Both the position numbers and the translations under genes were made by a program. A model generated the notes under the pieces. That model saw only the letters and a program-made list of their open reading frames with translations. It was not told the origin of the DNA and did not search any database. Below are positions 30,276 to 41,253 of a stretch of DNA of 64,000 nt, in pieces. Source of the stretch: OCS116 cluster bacterium AG-390-A19. Lineage in GTDB: Bacteria; Pseudomonadota; Alphaproteobacteria; MED-G09. The stretch's first letter is position 1, and each line of letters begins with the position of its first letter. The stretch is from assembly GCA_003278145.1 (NCBI GenBank), contig QCGV01000005.1:645-64644 (forward strand). Reading direction: 5' to 3'.

Positions 30276-30960
30276 TTTCTATAATCTTTAACATTTTCTC
30301 AGCAGCATTTTTCTCAGCCTCTTGTTTTGATTTTCCTATCGCCAAAACTGAATTAAATCCATCAACAGAGACAGATATCGTAAACCTTGGATCATGATCC
30401 TCTCCTTGTATAGATATAAGTTTATACTCAGGTAATTTTTTATTCATAGATAAAATTTTTTCTTGAAGATCACTTTTAGAGTTAAATAAATTATTAGCTT
30501 TTTCAAAAGAAAGCATTTCTTTCCATAAGTTTAAAACTACTTTTCTAGTATTACTGTAGTCAGAGTCTAAAAAAATTGAACCTATTAATGCTTCCATTAT
30601 ATTTGATAAAATTGATGATTTAATCTGGGAATTTTTTAGTTCTGATTTTCCTAAAATAATAAATTTATTTAAACTTATATTTTCAGCAATTTTTGCACAT
30701 GTACTTCTTTGTACTAAGAAACTATATTTTTTGGATAATTCACCCTCTTTTAAACCTGGATATTTAAGGAATAACTCTTCTGAAATAACTAAACCTAAAA
30801 TTCTATCACCTAAAAATTCTAATCTTTCCATTGAGGAAACTTTTTCTGTTGAAGCACTTGTGTGAGTAAGGCTTTTTGTAAGCAAACTTTTATCATTAAA
30901 ATTATACTTAATAATTTCCTCGAACATTTTTAAATTAGCTTTATTGGGTAAATTATTCAT
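30268..30960 (-). CDS. rnc: ribonuclease III
   Basis: 230 aa with RNase III signature 'ERLEFLGDRILG' plus a C-terminal dsRBD. Confidence 0.95.
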   Translation of the reverse strand: MNNLPNKANLKMFEEIIKYNFNDKSLLTKSLTHTSASTEKVSSMERLEFLGDRILGLVISEELFLKYPGLKEGELSKKYSFLVQRSTCAKIAENISLNKFIILGKSELKNSQIKSSILSNIMEALIGSIFLDSDYSNTRKVVLNLWKEMLSFEKANNLFNSKSDLQEKILSMNKKLPEYKLISIQGEDHDPRFTISVSVDGFNSVLAIGKSKQEAEKNAAEKMLKIIENE

Positions 30961-31718
30961 TTTATTCTTTTAAGAATTCTCTCCCACTCTAAAGATGTTT
31001 TGCAATTTGTTTGACCAATTTTTCTCCAATTCCATGAGAAAAAAATTAATTCAGCTCTTCCGACAAGATTGTCAAAAGGAATAAATCCAACAGATTTTAT
31101 GTATCTGCTATCTTGAGAATTATCCCTATTATCACCCATTACAAAAAAATGATCTTTTGGAACATTATAAATACCGGTATTATCAGCATATGATGGTTGT
31201 CTAGAGTCTAAAATATTATACTTTTTTCCACTCGGTAAAGTTTCTTCTATGACTGTTAGTTGTTCATTTCTACAACCTAAAGATTTTCTTTTTCTGTTTA
31301 TTAAATTATTATCATTATAGGTTCCAACCTCTTTATAAGATAGTTTCTTATCATTTATATAAACCTCACCTTTTAAAATTTGAACTTTATCACCCGGCAT
31401 TCCTATCACTCTTTTAATATAATCAGTTCTTCCATCGCTAGGTAATTTAAAGACAACCACATCCCCTCTTAATGGCTCAGATGAAAAAATTCTTTTTGGT
31501 ATTATTGGAATACTAAAAGGTAAAGAGTGTTTTGAATAACCATAAGCATATTTAGATACAAAAATATAATCGCCAACCAAAAGATTTCTAAGCATTGATC
31601 CAGACGGAATATTGTAGCTTTGGAACAAAAATGCCCTGAAAATTAATGCAATTAAAATAATCCAGAAAAGTGATAAAAAGAAATTCTCATTTTTTTTTAC
31701 ATTCATTTTCTTATTCAT
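30957..31718 (-). CDS. lepB: signal peptidase I
   Basis: 253 aa, N-terminal TM segment, 'PSGSM', '[11 protein letters not shown]', '[11 protein letters not shown]' boxes. Confidence 0.94.
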   Translation of the reverse strand: MNKKMNVKKNENFFLSLFWIILIALIFRAFLFQSYNIPSGSMLRNLLVGDYIFVSKYAYGYSKHSLPFSIPIIPKRIFSSEPLRGDVVVFKLPSDGRTDYIKRVIGMPGDKVQILKGEVYINDKKLSYKEVGTYNDNNLINRKRKSLGCRNEQLTVIEETLPSGKKYNILDSRQPSYADNTGIYNVPKDHFFVMGDNRDNSQDSRYIKSVGFIPFDNLVGRAELIFFSWNWRKIGQTNCKTSLEWERILKRIK

Positions 31719-32113
31719 TTTTTAATAACCTCAATAATGACATTTGCCTGAGCCCATGGAAAATCATCGGTAATTGATAAAGAAATATTGTGCGTACTAT
31801 CTATTGGAGTAAGTTTTTTAAGTCTTTCATAAGCACCACCAGTTAAATTTAATGAGGGTTTTCCACTCTTTTCATTTACGACTTCAATATTTTTCCAATA
31901 AACGCCTAAACGAAATCCAGTACCTAGAGCTTTTGAACACGCCTCTTTTGCAGCAAATCTTTTTGCATAAGACTCTATTCTTTTTTGTTTTTTATCTGAT
32001 CTAATTATTTCATTTTTGGTAAAAATTCTTTTTATAAATCTTTCACCAAACCTATCAATTGTTCTATCAATTCTTCTAATATCAATTAAATCAATTCCAT
32101 GACCAATAATCAT
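31715..32113 (-). CDS. acpS: holo-[acyl-carrier-protein] synthase
   Basis: 132 aa, '[12 protein letters not shown]', '[12 protein letters not shown]'. Confidence 0.92.
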   Translation of the reverse strand: MIIGHGIDLIDIRRIDRTIDRFGERFIKRIFTKNEIIRSDKKQKRIESYAKRFAAKEACSKALGTGFRLGVYWKNIEVVNEKSGKPSLNLTGGAYERLKKLTPIDSTHNISLSITDDFPWAQANVIIEVIKK

Positions 32114-32115
32114 TA

Positions 32116-32880
32116 TTATTCCTCGAGAGATCTGCCAATATTCATAGACTCTTTAATAGTTAATATAGTTTTATCTAGACCATTAAAAATTGATTCCGCA
32201 ATAATAAAGAAGCCAATATTTAACTCCTCTATTTCATTTATTGAACTTATGAGTTTAGTTGTTTCATAATTCAAACCATGCCCAGCATGGGCTTCAATTC
32301 CATTAGAAAAAAGTTTTTTTGAAAAGTTTTTAATTTTATTAAATTCAATATCAAAGTCTTTTTTATCTTCCTCTTCGTATAGTCTGCATAAAGTTCCACA
32401 GTGAATTTCAGCACAGTCTATTTTAAGATCATAACATACATCTAAATTGATATCCTCAGGATCAATAAAAAGAGTAGTCCTCACTCCAATTTCTCTTAAT
32501 CTATCGATAATTGGTTTTAATTTATTGTGGTTGCCTATTACATCCAAGCCACCTTCAGTGGTAATCTCCTCCCTTTTTTCTGGGACAATACAACATGAAA
32601 AAGGTTTTATTTTTTCAGCAATTTCCAACATCTCATCAGTTGCAGCCATTTCCAAATTCAGTTTTCCAGGAAAATTATAGGCAATCTCTTTTATATCTGA
32701 ATCATTTATATGCCTTCTATCTTCTCTTAGATGAGCGGTGATACTATCTGCTCCTGATTCTAGGGCTAAACTAGCGGCATTGAGTGGGCTAGGAAAATTT
32801 TCTTTTCTTGCATTTCTTAAAGTAGCTACATGATCTATATTGACCCCAAGCCTAATATTATTTTTTATATTATTTTTCAA
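32116..32880 (-). CDS. pdxJ: pyridoxine 5'-phosphate synthase
   Basis: 254 aa, '[15 protein letters not shown]', 'HLREDRRHI'. Confidence 0.95.
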   Translation of the reverse strand: MKNNIKNNIRLGVNIDHVATLRNARKENFPSPLNAASLALESGADSITAHLREDRRHINDSDIKEIAYNFPGKLNLEMAATDEMLEIAEKIKPFSCCIVPEKREEITTEGGLDVIGNHNKLKPIIDRLREIGVRTTLFIDPEDINLDVCYDLKIDCAEIHCGTLCRLYEEEDKKDFDIEFNKIKNFSKKLFSNGIEAHAGHGLNYETTKLISSINEIEELNIGFFIIAESIFNGLDKTILTIKESMNIGRSLEE

Positions 32881-33369
32881 CTACTTACCTTTCTTTAACT
32901 TATTCTTTTTAAAAATTTCAATAATATAATTTATCAAGAAATAACAAATTAATGATAATATTAAACCAACAACTAAAATTCCTGAAAATATTGGAAATGT
33001 TGTTTTAGCAAAGTAAATCAAATAATCAAACCATCCTTCGGAATTAGTTTCATTTGAAATTGTCAGCATTCCTATAGCCATCATTGGAAAAGATATAAAG
33101 CTAGCAAAGAAATTCCCTACAATACTTGAAAAAATATTCACTTTTAACAACCAAGAAATTAATGCAGATATTATAAAATGTAGACCAAAAAATGGAGTGA
33201 ATGCTATAAAAAAACCTACAGAAAATCCCATTGAAATAGAATATGAAGTATCCGGTATTCGGATTAATCTTTTCCAGAAGTATGAAAAATTCCTTAGAAA
33301 ACCTTTTTCAGGCCAAAAATATATTCTTATTTTTGAATAAATATTTAAGGAGTTTTTTCTTTTAAACAT
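32881..33369 (-). CDS. DUF2062-like small membrane protein
   Basis: 162 aa, four TM segments, 'GFSVGFFIAFTPFFGLHF' pattern. Function unknown. Confidence 0.6.
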   Translation of the reverse strand: MFKRKNSLNIYSKIRIYFWPEKGFLRNFSYFWKRLIRIPDTSYSISMGFSVGFFIAFTPFFGLHFIISALISWLLKVNIFSSIVGNFFASFISFPMMAIGMLTISNETNSEGWFDYLIYFAKTTFPIFSGILVVGLILSLICYFLINYIIEIFKKNKLKKGK

Positions 33370-33953
33370 TAAGAAATATTTCTACTTCCAGGTTTAATTG
33401 CTGGAATATTTTTTAAATTTTCAGGAATATTATCTTTATTGAATGTGGGTATATCAATTGATGTTAAAGAAATTAATTCAGTATCTAAATTAGCTTTTCC
33501 TGAGGATCTATCAATTAAACATGCTTCTCCAACAATATTCCCTCCAAAACTTTTTATAACTTCAATGCTCTCATTTGATGATAGACCAGTTGTTACAATA
33601 TCCTCAACTAGAAGACAATTTGAATTTGGTTTTATACTAAAACCTCTTCTTAACTCAAATTTACCATTTACACGCTCTAAGAAAATTGATGGAACATTTA
33701 GATATCTTGCAATTTCATGCCCTATAATTAAACCACCCATGGCAGGTGAAACAACTAAATCAATTTTAATTTTAATATTATCTAGAATTTTTTTACCAAG
33801 GGAGCTTGATAATCTTTGAGCCCTTGAAGGCTCTGAAAGGGCCAATGCACATTGTAAATATTTCGAGGAGTGCAAGCCAGAAGATAAAATAAAGTGACCC
33901 TCAAGAAGGGCTCCAGCGTCTTTAAATTCTTTTATAACATCTTCTTTTTTCAT
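33369..33953 (-). CDS. pyrE: orotate phosphoribosyltransferase
   Basis: 194 aa, PRPP-binding loop 'CLLVEDIVTTGLS'. Confidence 0.9.
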   Translation of the reverse strand: MKKEDVIKEFKDAGALLEGHFILSSGLHSSKYLQCALALSEPSRAQRLSSSLGKKILDNIKIKIDLVVSPAMGGLIIGHEIARYLNVPSIFLERVNGKFELRRGFSIKPNSNCLLVEDIVTTGLSSNESIEVIKSFGGNIVGEACLIDRSSGKANLDTELISLTSIDIPTFNKDNIPENLKNIPAIKPGSRNIS

Positions 33954-33958
33954 TACAA

Positions 33959-36073
33959 TTAACCTATGAACCTATTTACAGCCTCAACGACAGGTAAACC
34001 ATCTAAACTTTTAACAATATCACTGATGTGCTTATTATCATTAACATTAATATCAATAATTAAATTATAAAAATCACTATCCTTTTCATTCAAAATTAAA
34101 TTAGTAATATTTCCTCCATAATCAGCTATAGTTGATGTAATAGAATTTAAAACCCCTACCTCATTAATAATGGTTATTCTTATTCTAGATGTAAAAGTAA
34201 AATCAATATCTTTTTTCCATTCAAGCTTAATCCAGGACTCTGGTGATTTCTCATAATTAACTAATTCAAGACTATCCACTGAAAAAATTATTATTCCCTT
34301 TTCAGGAAGAACTATTCCAACAATTTTATCACCTGGAACTAAAAAACTATTTTCAGCAAATTGGGCCGGCATATCAGAATGAAGTCCCTGAACAGGAATT
34401 GAAATATTTTTTTCAATATAATAATTTTTTTTTATTTTCTTTCTTTTGTTATTTGGAAAAACAAGATCATAAACCTGTGAACCTGATGAGTCACCTCTAC
34501 CTACAAGTTCATATAATGATTTTAATGAATTAACTTGTAGGGCACCAAAAGAGCGCTCAAGAATATCTCTTGTAGGTTTTTTTCTATGAGAAGAAAAAAC
34601 ACTTTTAATTATTGCTTTTCCTAAAAGTCTTTGGTTGTGAGATTTTTTTTCTTTAATCGATCTAATAATTGCTGATTTAGCTTTACCTGTTTTAACAAAT
34701 TCTTGAAGGGATTCTAAAGCAACGGGTGATTTTGATTTTAATATTTCAACTTCATCACCATTTTGTAAAACAGTTCTTCTTGGTTTATCGATGCCATTTA
34801 TTTTTACTCTACTACAAAAATTACCAAGATCCGTGTGAACAGCATAAGCAAAATCCAAAGCTGTTGCATTTCTTGGAAGCGGCACTAAAGTTCCTTTTGG
34901 TGTAAATGCATAAATTTGATCAAGAAAAAGTTCTAATTTTGTATTTTCCAAAAATTCTTCTGTAGCTCCGTCACGGTTGAGAATATCAACAAGATCATTT
35001 ATCCACTCAATCGAGGATAAATAATCTCGTTCAATATCGTCATTATCCTTATAAATCCAATGAGCAGCTAGACCTCTTTCAGCAAGATCATTCATTTTTT
35101 CAGTTCTTATTTGAACTTCTACTCTCTGGTTTTGCGGTCCTATTAAGGTTGTATGAATAGATTGATAGCCATTTTTTTTAGGTGTTGAAATGTAATCTTT
35201 AAATTTACCCGGAATTGCTTGCCATTCGCAATGTAAAATTCCCAATACCTCATAACATTCTTGAATTGTTTCTACACAAACCCTAAAACCAAAAATATCA
35301 GATAACTGTTCAAGAGATTTATGCTGAATTTCAAGTTTTTTCCATATTGAATAGGGTTTTTTTTCCCTTCCAAAAACAGAACACTTAATTTTATTTTTCT
35401 TTAGCGTTTTCTCTAATTCTTTTTTTGTAAATTGAACTATTTTACTTTTTTTCTTTTTTGATATTCTTAATCTTTCTTTCAAAATATCTCTAATTTTTGG
35501 TTCAAAAAATGTAAATGATAAATCTTCTAATTCCTCCTTAAGTTCTTGCATTCCAATTCTTCCGGCCAAAGGGGCGTAAATCTCAAGAGTTTCCCTTGAA
35601 ATTCTCTTTCTTTTCTTTTGATCCTTTATAAAATGAAGAGTCCTCATATTGTGAAGACGATCTGCTAATTTTATTAACAAAATCCTTATATCACTGGCAC
35701 TAGCAAGTAGTAATTTTCTAAAATTTTCTGCTTGTTTTGTACTATCAGGCTTTCCTTCCAGTAATGTTAGCTTTGTTACTCCATCAACTAATTTGGCAAC
35801 CTCTCTTCCAAAATTTTCTTCAATATCTTGAATAGTGGCATTAGTATCTTCGATTGTATCGTGAAGCAAAGCACACACCACTGAGGTAGTATCAAGTTTT
35901 AAATCTGAAAGAATTCCAGCTACCTCTATTGGATGCGAAAAATATGGATCTCCTGAGGCTCTTAACTGCCTTCCATGCATTTTTGTACCAAAAATATATG
36001 CTTTATTTAAAATTGCCTTATCGGCTTCAGGCTTATTAACTAAAATACGGTCAACTAATTGCGATTGACTCAT
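33959..36073 (-). CDS. spoT: bifunctional (p)ppGpp synthetase/hydrolase (Rsh/SpoT)
   Basis: 704 aa with an HD hydrolase domain ('HPIEVA...LHDTIEDT'), a synthetase domain ('GREKKPYSIWKKL', 'GYQSIHTT'), and TGS and C-terminal ACT-like domains. Confidence 0.94.
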   Translation of the reverse strand: MSQSQLVDRILVNKPEADKAILNKAYIFGTKMHGRQLRASGDPYFSHPIEVAGILSDLKLDTTSVVCALLHDTIEDTNATIQDIEENFGREVAKLVDGVTKLTLLEGKPDSTKQAENFRKLLLASASDIRILLIKLADRLHNMRTLHFIKDQKKRKRISRETLEIYAPLAGRIGMQELKEELEDLSFTFFEPKIRDILKERLRISKKKKSKIVQFTKKELEKTLKKNKIKCSVFGREKKPYSIWKKLEIQHKSLEQLSDIFGFRVCVETIQECYEVLGILHCEWQAIPGKFKDYISTPKKNGYQSIHTTLIGPQNQRVEVQIRTEKMNDLAERGLAAHWIYKDNDDIERDYLSSIEWINDLVDILNRDGATEEFLENTKLELFLDQIYAFTPKGTLVPLPRNATALDFAYAVHTDLGNFCSRVKINGIDKPRRTVLQNGDEVEILKSKSPVALESLQEFVKTGKAKSAIIRSIKEKKSHNQRLLGKAIIKSVFSSHRKKPTRDILERSFGALQVNSLKSLYELVGRGDSSGSQVYDLVFPNNKRKKIKKNYYIEKNISIPVQGLHSDMPAQFAENSFLVPGDKIVGIVLPEKGIIIFSVDSLELVNYEKSPESWIKLEWKKDIDFTFTSRIRITIINEVGVLNSITSTIADYGGNITNLILNEKDSDFYNLIIDINVNDNKHISDIVKSLDGLPVVEAVNRFIG

Positions 36074-36087
36074 AAATTATCCATTCA

Positions 36088-36516
36088 TTAATAGGATCTT
36101 CTATTATTTTTTTTATCAACCATATTATCTTGCATGGCTTTTAATAGATCCTCTTCACTCATTCTTTCTTCAATAGGCTCTACTTTAGCTTCCTCTGATT
36201 CATCAATTTGATCTTGAGGTGCTAAAGATGGAGAAGCTTTTGTATTATCTTGGACTAAAGGAATATAGTCCTCATCAGCCTCATCGACATCTATTTGAGT
36301 TTGTAAACTTGAAATTTTTGACTCTTCAAGGTCAGAGGGAACAAGCTTTTCATCAGCAATTTCTCTTAATGCTACAATAGGATTTTTATCATTATCTCTA
36401 TCTACAAGTATTTCTGATCCCTCTGACATTTCACGTGCCCTGTGGGCAGCAAAAAGAACAAGATCAAACCTACTAGTAATTTTATCAACACAATCTTCAA
36501 CAGTTACACGAGCCAT
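36088..36516 (-). CDS. rpoZ: DNA-directed RNA polymerase subunit omega
   Basis: 142 aa, 'MARVTVEDC...[15 protein letters not shown]', long acidic C-terminal tail. It lies upstream of spoT. Confidence 0.93.
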   Translation of the reverse strand: MARVTVEDCVDKITSRFDLVLFAAHRAREMSEGSEILVDRDNDKNPIVALREIADEKLVPSDLEESKISSLQTQIDVDEADEDYIPLVQDNTKASPSLAPQDQIDESEEAKVEPIEERMSEEDLLKAMQDNMVDKKNNRRSY

Positions 36517-36644
36517 TTTTGTATCCTCTAAATAAAATCAATCTAGTAAATATGCCTAGATTTAAATAAATGCAAGCATTAGATTATAATATTGATTAAT
36601 ATAACTAATAAAGAATTTTAAAACAATTTAAAAAGGAATACATA

Positions 36645-37277
36645 TTGATTGAACCAGATAAAAATTGCTCGAAGTGTAAAAGATTAAAGAAATTTCGAGA
36701 TATCAATATTAAACAATATCCTAACTGGTTTAACGGAGCAGTTCCTTCAATTATTAATAAAAATTCAGAAATCTTAATCGTTGGCCTAGCACCTGGTCTT
36801 AATGGAGCGAATAAAACCGGAAGACCATTTACGGGAGATTACGCGGGATTAACTCTTTTTCATACATTAAAAAAACATGGACTTTTAAAGGGTCATTACA
36901 AAGAAGATGGAAACGATAACCTAACGCTTAAGAATTGCAGTATTACTAATGCTGTTAGATGCGTTCCACCAAAAAATCTTCCTAAATCTGATGAAATTAA
37001 GAATTGTGAAAATTTTTTGAAATCAACAATCTCTTATCATAAAAACCTAAGAGTTATAGTGGCGCTTGGATTGATCTCTCACAAAAGTATAATTGCAACA
37101 TTTAATTTAAAACAAAAAGATTTTAAATTTGGTCATTCAAATAAATATAATTTAACAGAAAAAATAAAGCTTCTAGATAGCTACCACTGTTCAAGATATA
37201 ATATTAATACAAAAAGATTATCTCAAAAAATGTTTGATGAAATTTTTATAGAAACAAAGAAAATTTTATTAAATTAG
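36645..37277 (+). CDS. uracil-DNA glycosylase superfamily protein (family 4/5-like, probable Fe-S)
   Basis: 210 aa, TTG start, 'VGLAPGLNGANKTGRPFTGD' and 'YHCSRYN' motifs, with Cys at CSKC, RCVPP and NCENF as candidate cluster ligands. Confidence 0.8.
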   Translation: MIEPDKNCSKCKRLKKFRDINIKQYPNWFNGAVPSIINKNSEILIVGLAPGLNGANKTGRPFTGDYAGLTLFHTLKKHGLLKGHYKEDGNDNLTLKNCSITNAVRCVPPKNLPKSDEIKNCENFLKSTISYHKNLRVIVALGLISHKSIIATFNLKQKDFKFGHSNKYNLTEKIKLLDSYHCSRYNINTKRLSQKMFDEIFIETKKILLN

Positions 37278-37765
37278 TTATTATTCTTTAAAAGTCTTGA
37301 TTTTTGTTTATCCCAATCTTTTCTTTTCTGATCCTGTCTCTTGTCATGTAATTTTTTTCCTTTTCCTAAACCAATAGATATTTTGGCAATTCCTTTCACA
37401 TTAAAAAATAATTTTAGAGGAATTATTGTCATTCCTTTTTTTTGAGAGGCATTTTTTAATTTATTAATTTCTCTAGAATTAAGTAATAATTTTCTTTTTC
37501 TTTTTGGTTTGTGGTTCGTGAAAATAGCATTTTTATATGCAGGAATATTGGAGTTAATTAGAAAAATCTCACCCTCTTCTTCAGAAGCATAAGACTCTGC
37601 TATATTTGCTTTATTTAACCTGAGACTTTTTACTTCTGATCCTAGCAAGACTATGCCAGCTTCAAAAATCTCTTCTATTGAAAACAAATAATTAGCTTTC
37701 CTGTTATCAGCAATTACCTTTTCTCCTTTGATATTTTTCTTAGATCCACCGGATTTCGATGACAT
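37274..37765 (-). CDS. smpB: SsrA-binding protein
   Basis: 163 aa, 'GIVLLGSEVKSLR', basic C-terminal tail. Confidence 0.94.
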   Translation of the reverse strand: MSSKSGGSKKNIKGEKVIADNRKANYLFSIEEIFEAGIVLLGSEVKSLRLNKANIAESYASEEEGEIFLINSNIPAYKNAIFTNHKPKRKRKLLLNSREINKLKNASQKKGMTIIPLKLFFNVKGIAKISIGLGKGKKLHDKRQDQKRKDWDKQKSRLLKNNN

Positions 37766-38640
37766 TAGATTAAATCCAAATCAAAAATAACTTTATCTAA
37801 TATTTCTTTTGTTTCCTGTCTTATACTAACCAAAGGGAGTCTTAATTCATCTTCAATACGACCCATTTTTGATAAAACATATTTAACTGGTGAAGGACTA
37901 GTCTCAATGAATAATGCATTATGCATGGGTTCAAGTTTTTTATGAATTTTTAGAGCCTCATCATAATTTCCTTCAAGACATAGATTTTGAAAATCAGAAC
38001 AAAGTTTTGGAAGAACATTAGCTGTGACTGAAATACAACCATTACCTCCATTTTTCATAAATTCAAATGCAGTAATATCCTCTCCAGAAAATTGAAGAAA
38101 ACCGTCTTTACACTGGTTTTTTTGCTCTTCAACTCTCGATAGATCACTGGTTGCATCTTTTACGCCAATTATATTCTCTAAATTTGATAACTTACCCATT
38201 ACCTCAACAGACATATCAACTATAGATCTTGGAGGAATATTATATATCATTATCGGAATCCCCATTGAAGCTTTATTAATGGCTTTAAAATGTTCATAAA
38301 GCCCTTCTTGAGTGGGTTTGTTGTAATAAGGAGTTACTATTAAGGCTGCATCAGCTCCAACTGACTCAGCATGCATAAGAAGACTTATTGCCTCAGAAGT
38401 AGAATTAGATCCAGCACCAGCTATAACAGGCACTCTATTATTTACCTGATCAATAACAATCTCAACAACTTCTCTATGTTCATTATGATCTAAAGTTGGG
38501 CTTTCACCAGTTGTGCCAACTGGAACAATTCCATGAGTACCCTCATCAATGTGCCAATTAACTAAATTCCTTAATGAAGTTTCATCAATTTTACCATTCT
38601 TAAAAGGAGTAACAATGGCAACTATAGATCCTTTAAACAT
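37765..38640 (-). CDS. dapA: 4-hydroxy-tetrahydrodipicolinate synthase
   Basis: 291 aa, 'GTTGESPTL', 'YNIPPRS', 'GVKDAT' (Schiff-base Lys). Confidence 0.95.
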   Translation of the reverse strand: MFKGSIVAIVTPFKNGKIDETSLRNLVNWHIDEGTHGIVPVGTTGESPTLDHNEHREVVEIVIDQVNNRVPVIAGAGSNSTSEAISLLMHAESVGADAALIVTPYYNKPTQEGLYEHFKAINKASMGIPIMIYNIPPRSIVDMSVEVMGKLSNLENIIGVKDATSDLSRVEEQKNQCKDGFLQFSGEDITAFEFMKNGGNGCISVTANVLPKLCSDFQNLCLEGNYDEALKIHKKLEPMHNALFIETSPSPVKYVLSKMGRIEDELRLPLVSIRQETKEILDKVIFDLDLI

Positions 38641-38805
38641 TTTTTTCCTTTAAAATCATATACTTAAAACAAAAATTTAGAGTATTTTACTCATTAAATC
38701 TACAATAAAATAAATATTTACTATATTTGAATTGTTTTAAAATTAAAATATTTAAATAAACTGTTTTTAGTATAAAATATAACTTCATTTAAATGGGAGG
38801 AAATT

Positions 38806-40176
38806 TTGGATAAATCTACTTTCAAGCCAACACCAAGGGCAAAACATCCAGATCCAGTTATCAGAGGTGATAAAATTACTGGTGACAGATATTATTCAAA
38901 AGATTTTATGAAAAAAGAATGGGATCATGTTTGGACAAAGGTTTGGCAAATTGCTGGAATAGCCTCAGAGATACCCGAGCCAGATGATTTTTTTGTTTAT
39001 AAAATTGGTATCGAAGAAATTCTTGTTGTTAGACAAAAAGATATGACCATTAAAGCTTTTTATAATGTTTGCCCTCACAGAGGGAATATATTAGTTCATG
39101 TCGAAAAAGGTTTCTTAGAGAGTTTTAAATGTACATACCATGGCTGGACTTATAATACTCAGGGAATTTTAACAGATCTTCAAGATGCTGAGGATTTTGA
39201 TGATGGTAATCCTTGTGGAAAAGTAAAATTAAAAGAAGTCAAATGTGAAGTTGGTCTTGGATTTGTATGGATAAATTTAGATGATAATTGCCAAAAATTT
39301 GAAGAAGCTCTGTACCCAATTCTTGATCATATGAAACCGTATCAGCCAGAAAAATATATTAGAGTTTTGAATATGACTTGCGAAGTTGATTGTAATTGGA
39401 AAATTATTCATGATAATTTTAATGAGTCTTATCACTTACCCACTCTACATCCTGAACTATCAGTGCATATCGAAAATGATTATAAATTTTCTCAATTTGA
39501 TATGTATGACAACGGCCACAATAGAATGCTTATGCCTGGACATAAACCTGCACTAGGTGATCAATCCCCAAACGAAGTTCAATTTCCTCTCGATGCAGCG
39601 CTAATTGCATGGGACTTAAATCCTGAAGATTTCAAAGGTAAGGCTCAGGAAACTAGGATAGCAATACAAAAACAGAAAAGAAAGTTAGCTAAAGATAGAG
39701 GGTTTTGGCATTATGAATTTTTAACAGACGAACAACTTACGGACTATTATTTTTATAATTGCTTTCCAAATTATGATATAACAATGACCCCTGATGGAAT
39801 TCAGTTTCAAAGACCTCAGCCCCATCCAACTGATCCAGAAAAATGTTTATTTGAGCACTGGTGGCTAGTTCCCGAAATGGAAAGTTTATCTGGATCTGCT
39901 ACATTTATGGGATCTGATACTACTGAGGTTACGGCTGGTGAGAAAATGACAGAAACACCCTTAGGACCAAGACCTTTGAAACCAGCAGAACATGAATGGG
40001 TTATTTATCCGGAAGGATCTATGGGTTATGTTACAGACCAAGATATAAGTATGGCGATTGGACAACAAAAAGGAGTTAAATCAAAAGGTTTTGATGATGC
40101 GATTTTAACAAATCAGGAGAGAAGAGTAAGAAGGTATCATGAAGTTTTAAATGATTATATTGAAGGTAGAAGATAG
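38806..40176 (+). CDS. Rieske [2Fe-2S] non-heme-iron oxygenase, alpha-subunit type (substrate unknown)
   Basis: 456 aa, TTG start with GGGAGG 5 nt upstream. The Rieske motif is 'CPHRGN...CTYHGW' (39070..39147). The iron site is 'NFNESYHLPTLH'. No beta-subunit or reductase gene is adjacent. Confidence 0.88.
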   Translation: MDKSTFKPTPRAKHPDPVIRGDKITGDRYYSKDFMKKEWDHVWTKVWQIAGIASEIPEPDDFFVYKIGIEEILVVRQKDMTIKAFYNVCPHRGNILVHVEKGFLESFKCTYHGWTYNTQGILTDLQDAEDFDDGNPCGKVKLKEVKCEVGLGFVWINLDDNCQKFEEALYPILDHMKPYQPEKYIRVLNMTCEVDCNWKIIHDNFNESYHLPTLHPELSVHIENDYKFSQFDMYDNGHNRMLMPGHKPALGDQSPNEVQFPLDAALIAWDLNPEDFKGKAQETRIAIQKQKRKLAKDRGFWHYEFLTDEQLTDYYFYNCFPNYDITMTPDGIQFQRPQPHPTDPEKCLFEHWWLVPEMESLSGSATFMGSDTTEVTAGEKMTETPLGPRPLKPAEHEWVIYPEGSMGYVTDQDISMAIGQQKGVKSKGFDDAILTNQERRVRRYHEVLNDYIEGRR

Positions 40177-40182
40177 ATTTTC

Positions 40183-41211
40183 TCATACCCCATAAACATC
40201 TTTTGCATTTTTAAAAAATAACTTATTTTTGTCTTCATCAGAATAATCTAAAATCATTTTTTTAAAAGCATTCCATAAGACATGATAAGATACAGATCTC
40301 CTATCTACAGGAAAATTACTTTCGAACATACATCGATCAACACCAAAACAATTAATTGTATGAAGGTAATATTCTTGATGCAAATCTATTATTTGATCAG
40401 ATGAAGCTGGTTTATCTTGTTTATGAAAATTCCAACCATTTACAGGCATAGCCAATCCTCCAAGCTTAGCAAAGACATTTTTTGACTCCGATAACAAGGA
40501 AATATCATCTTTCCATTTTAGAAAAATTTCTTTTTTCTTTCCTTCATAAGGACCTACGCCAAGTGGCCCTCCAAAATGATCATGAATAATAGTTAATTCT
40601 GGATAGTTTATTGCAAAATCACTTAAATCCTTAATTTGATGATGATAATGCCATGCATCAAAGGTTAAATTTAACTTTATTAACTCTTCAGCTCCTTCTC
40701 TAAAACTCTTGTTGTAATAAATATTTTCTATTGGATTACTGTGCGAGTTATGAATTTCTGTATTTTTATCCCATCCTGCAGCATGTCTAATACCCTTAAA
40801 TAAGCCATCTCCTTTTAAAAGATGTTTATCTAAAACATCCTTAACCTCACCACCTAGCATTAGGTCAGCATAGCCTATAATACCAATTATATTAGTTGTT
40901 TTTAGTAATTTTTTTGAAGCTTTAATTAAATTAACAACAAATTCTGTTTCACCTACTGGCTTATATTTTTCTTCACCATTTGAATAATAACCTTGTGCAC
41001 ATTCCATAAAAATAGTTCCCACAATATTGTGACCTGAAAAAGTATCTTCATTGAGATTTTCTATCAAATATGGAAATGAACCTGCTAATTGATTATCACC
41101 ATTCCACAAATGATGGTGTGGATCAATAATTGGTAATTGAGGGTCAATAATTTCTTCCTGAACTTGCGCTAACCAATCATAATACCGTTTGTGTTTCTCA
41201 TTAATTGCCAT
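40183..41211 (-). CDS. amidohydrolase-2 family metal-dependent hydrolase (TIM barrel)
   Basis: 342 aa, 'IDPHHHLW' N-terminal metal motif, 'IIHDHFGGP', 'CMFESNFPVD' (the Asp near the C-terminus is typical of PF04909-like lactonase/decarboxylase enzymes). Confidence 0.8.
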   Translation of the reverse strand: MAINEKHKRYYDWLAQVQEEIIDPQLPIIDPHHHLWNGDNQLAGSFPYLIENLNEDTFSGHNIVGTIFMECAQGYYSNGEEKYKPVGETEFVVNLIKASKKLLKTTNIIGIIGYADLMLGGEVKDVLDKHLLKGDGLFKGIRHAAGWDKNTEIHNSHSNPIENIYYNKSFREGAEELIKLNLTFDAWHYHHQIKDLSDFAINYPELTIIHDHFGGPLGVGPYEGKKKEIFLKWKDDISLLSESKNVFAKLGGLAMPVNGWNFHKQDKPASSDQIIDLHQEYYLHTINCFGVDRCMFESNFPVDRRSVSYHVLWNAFKKMILDYSDEDKNKLFFKNAKDVYGV

Positions 41212-41253
41212 GAATAATCATAAAACGTAATTAGGAAAATTAATATAAAAAAA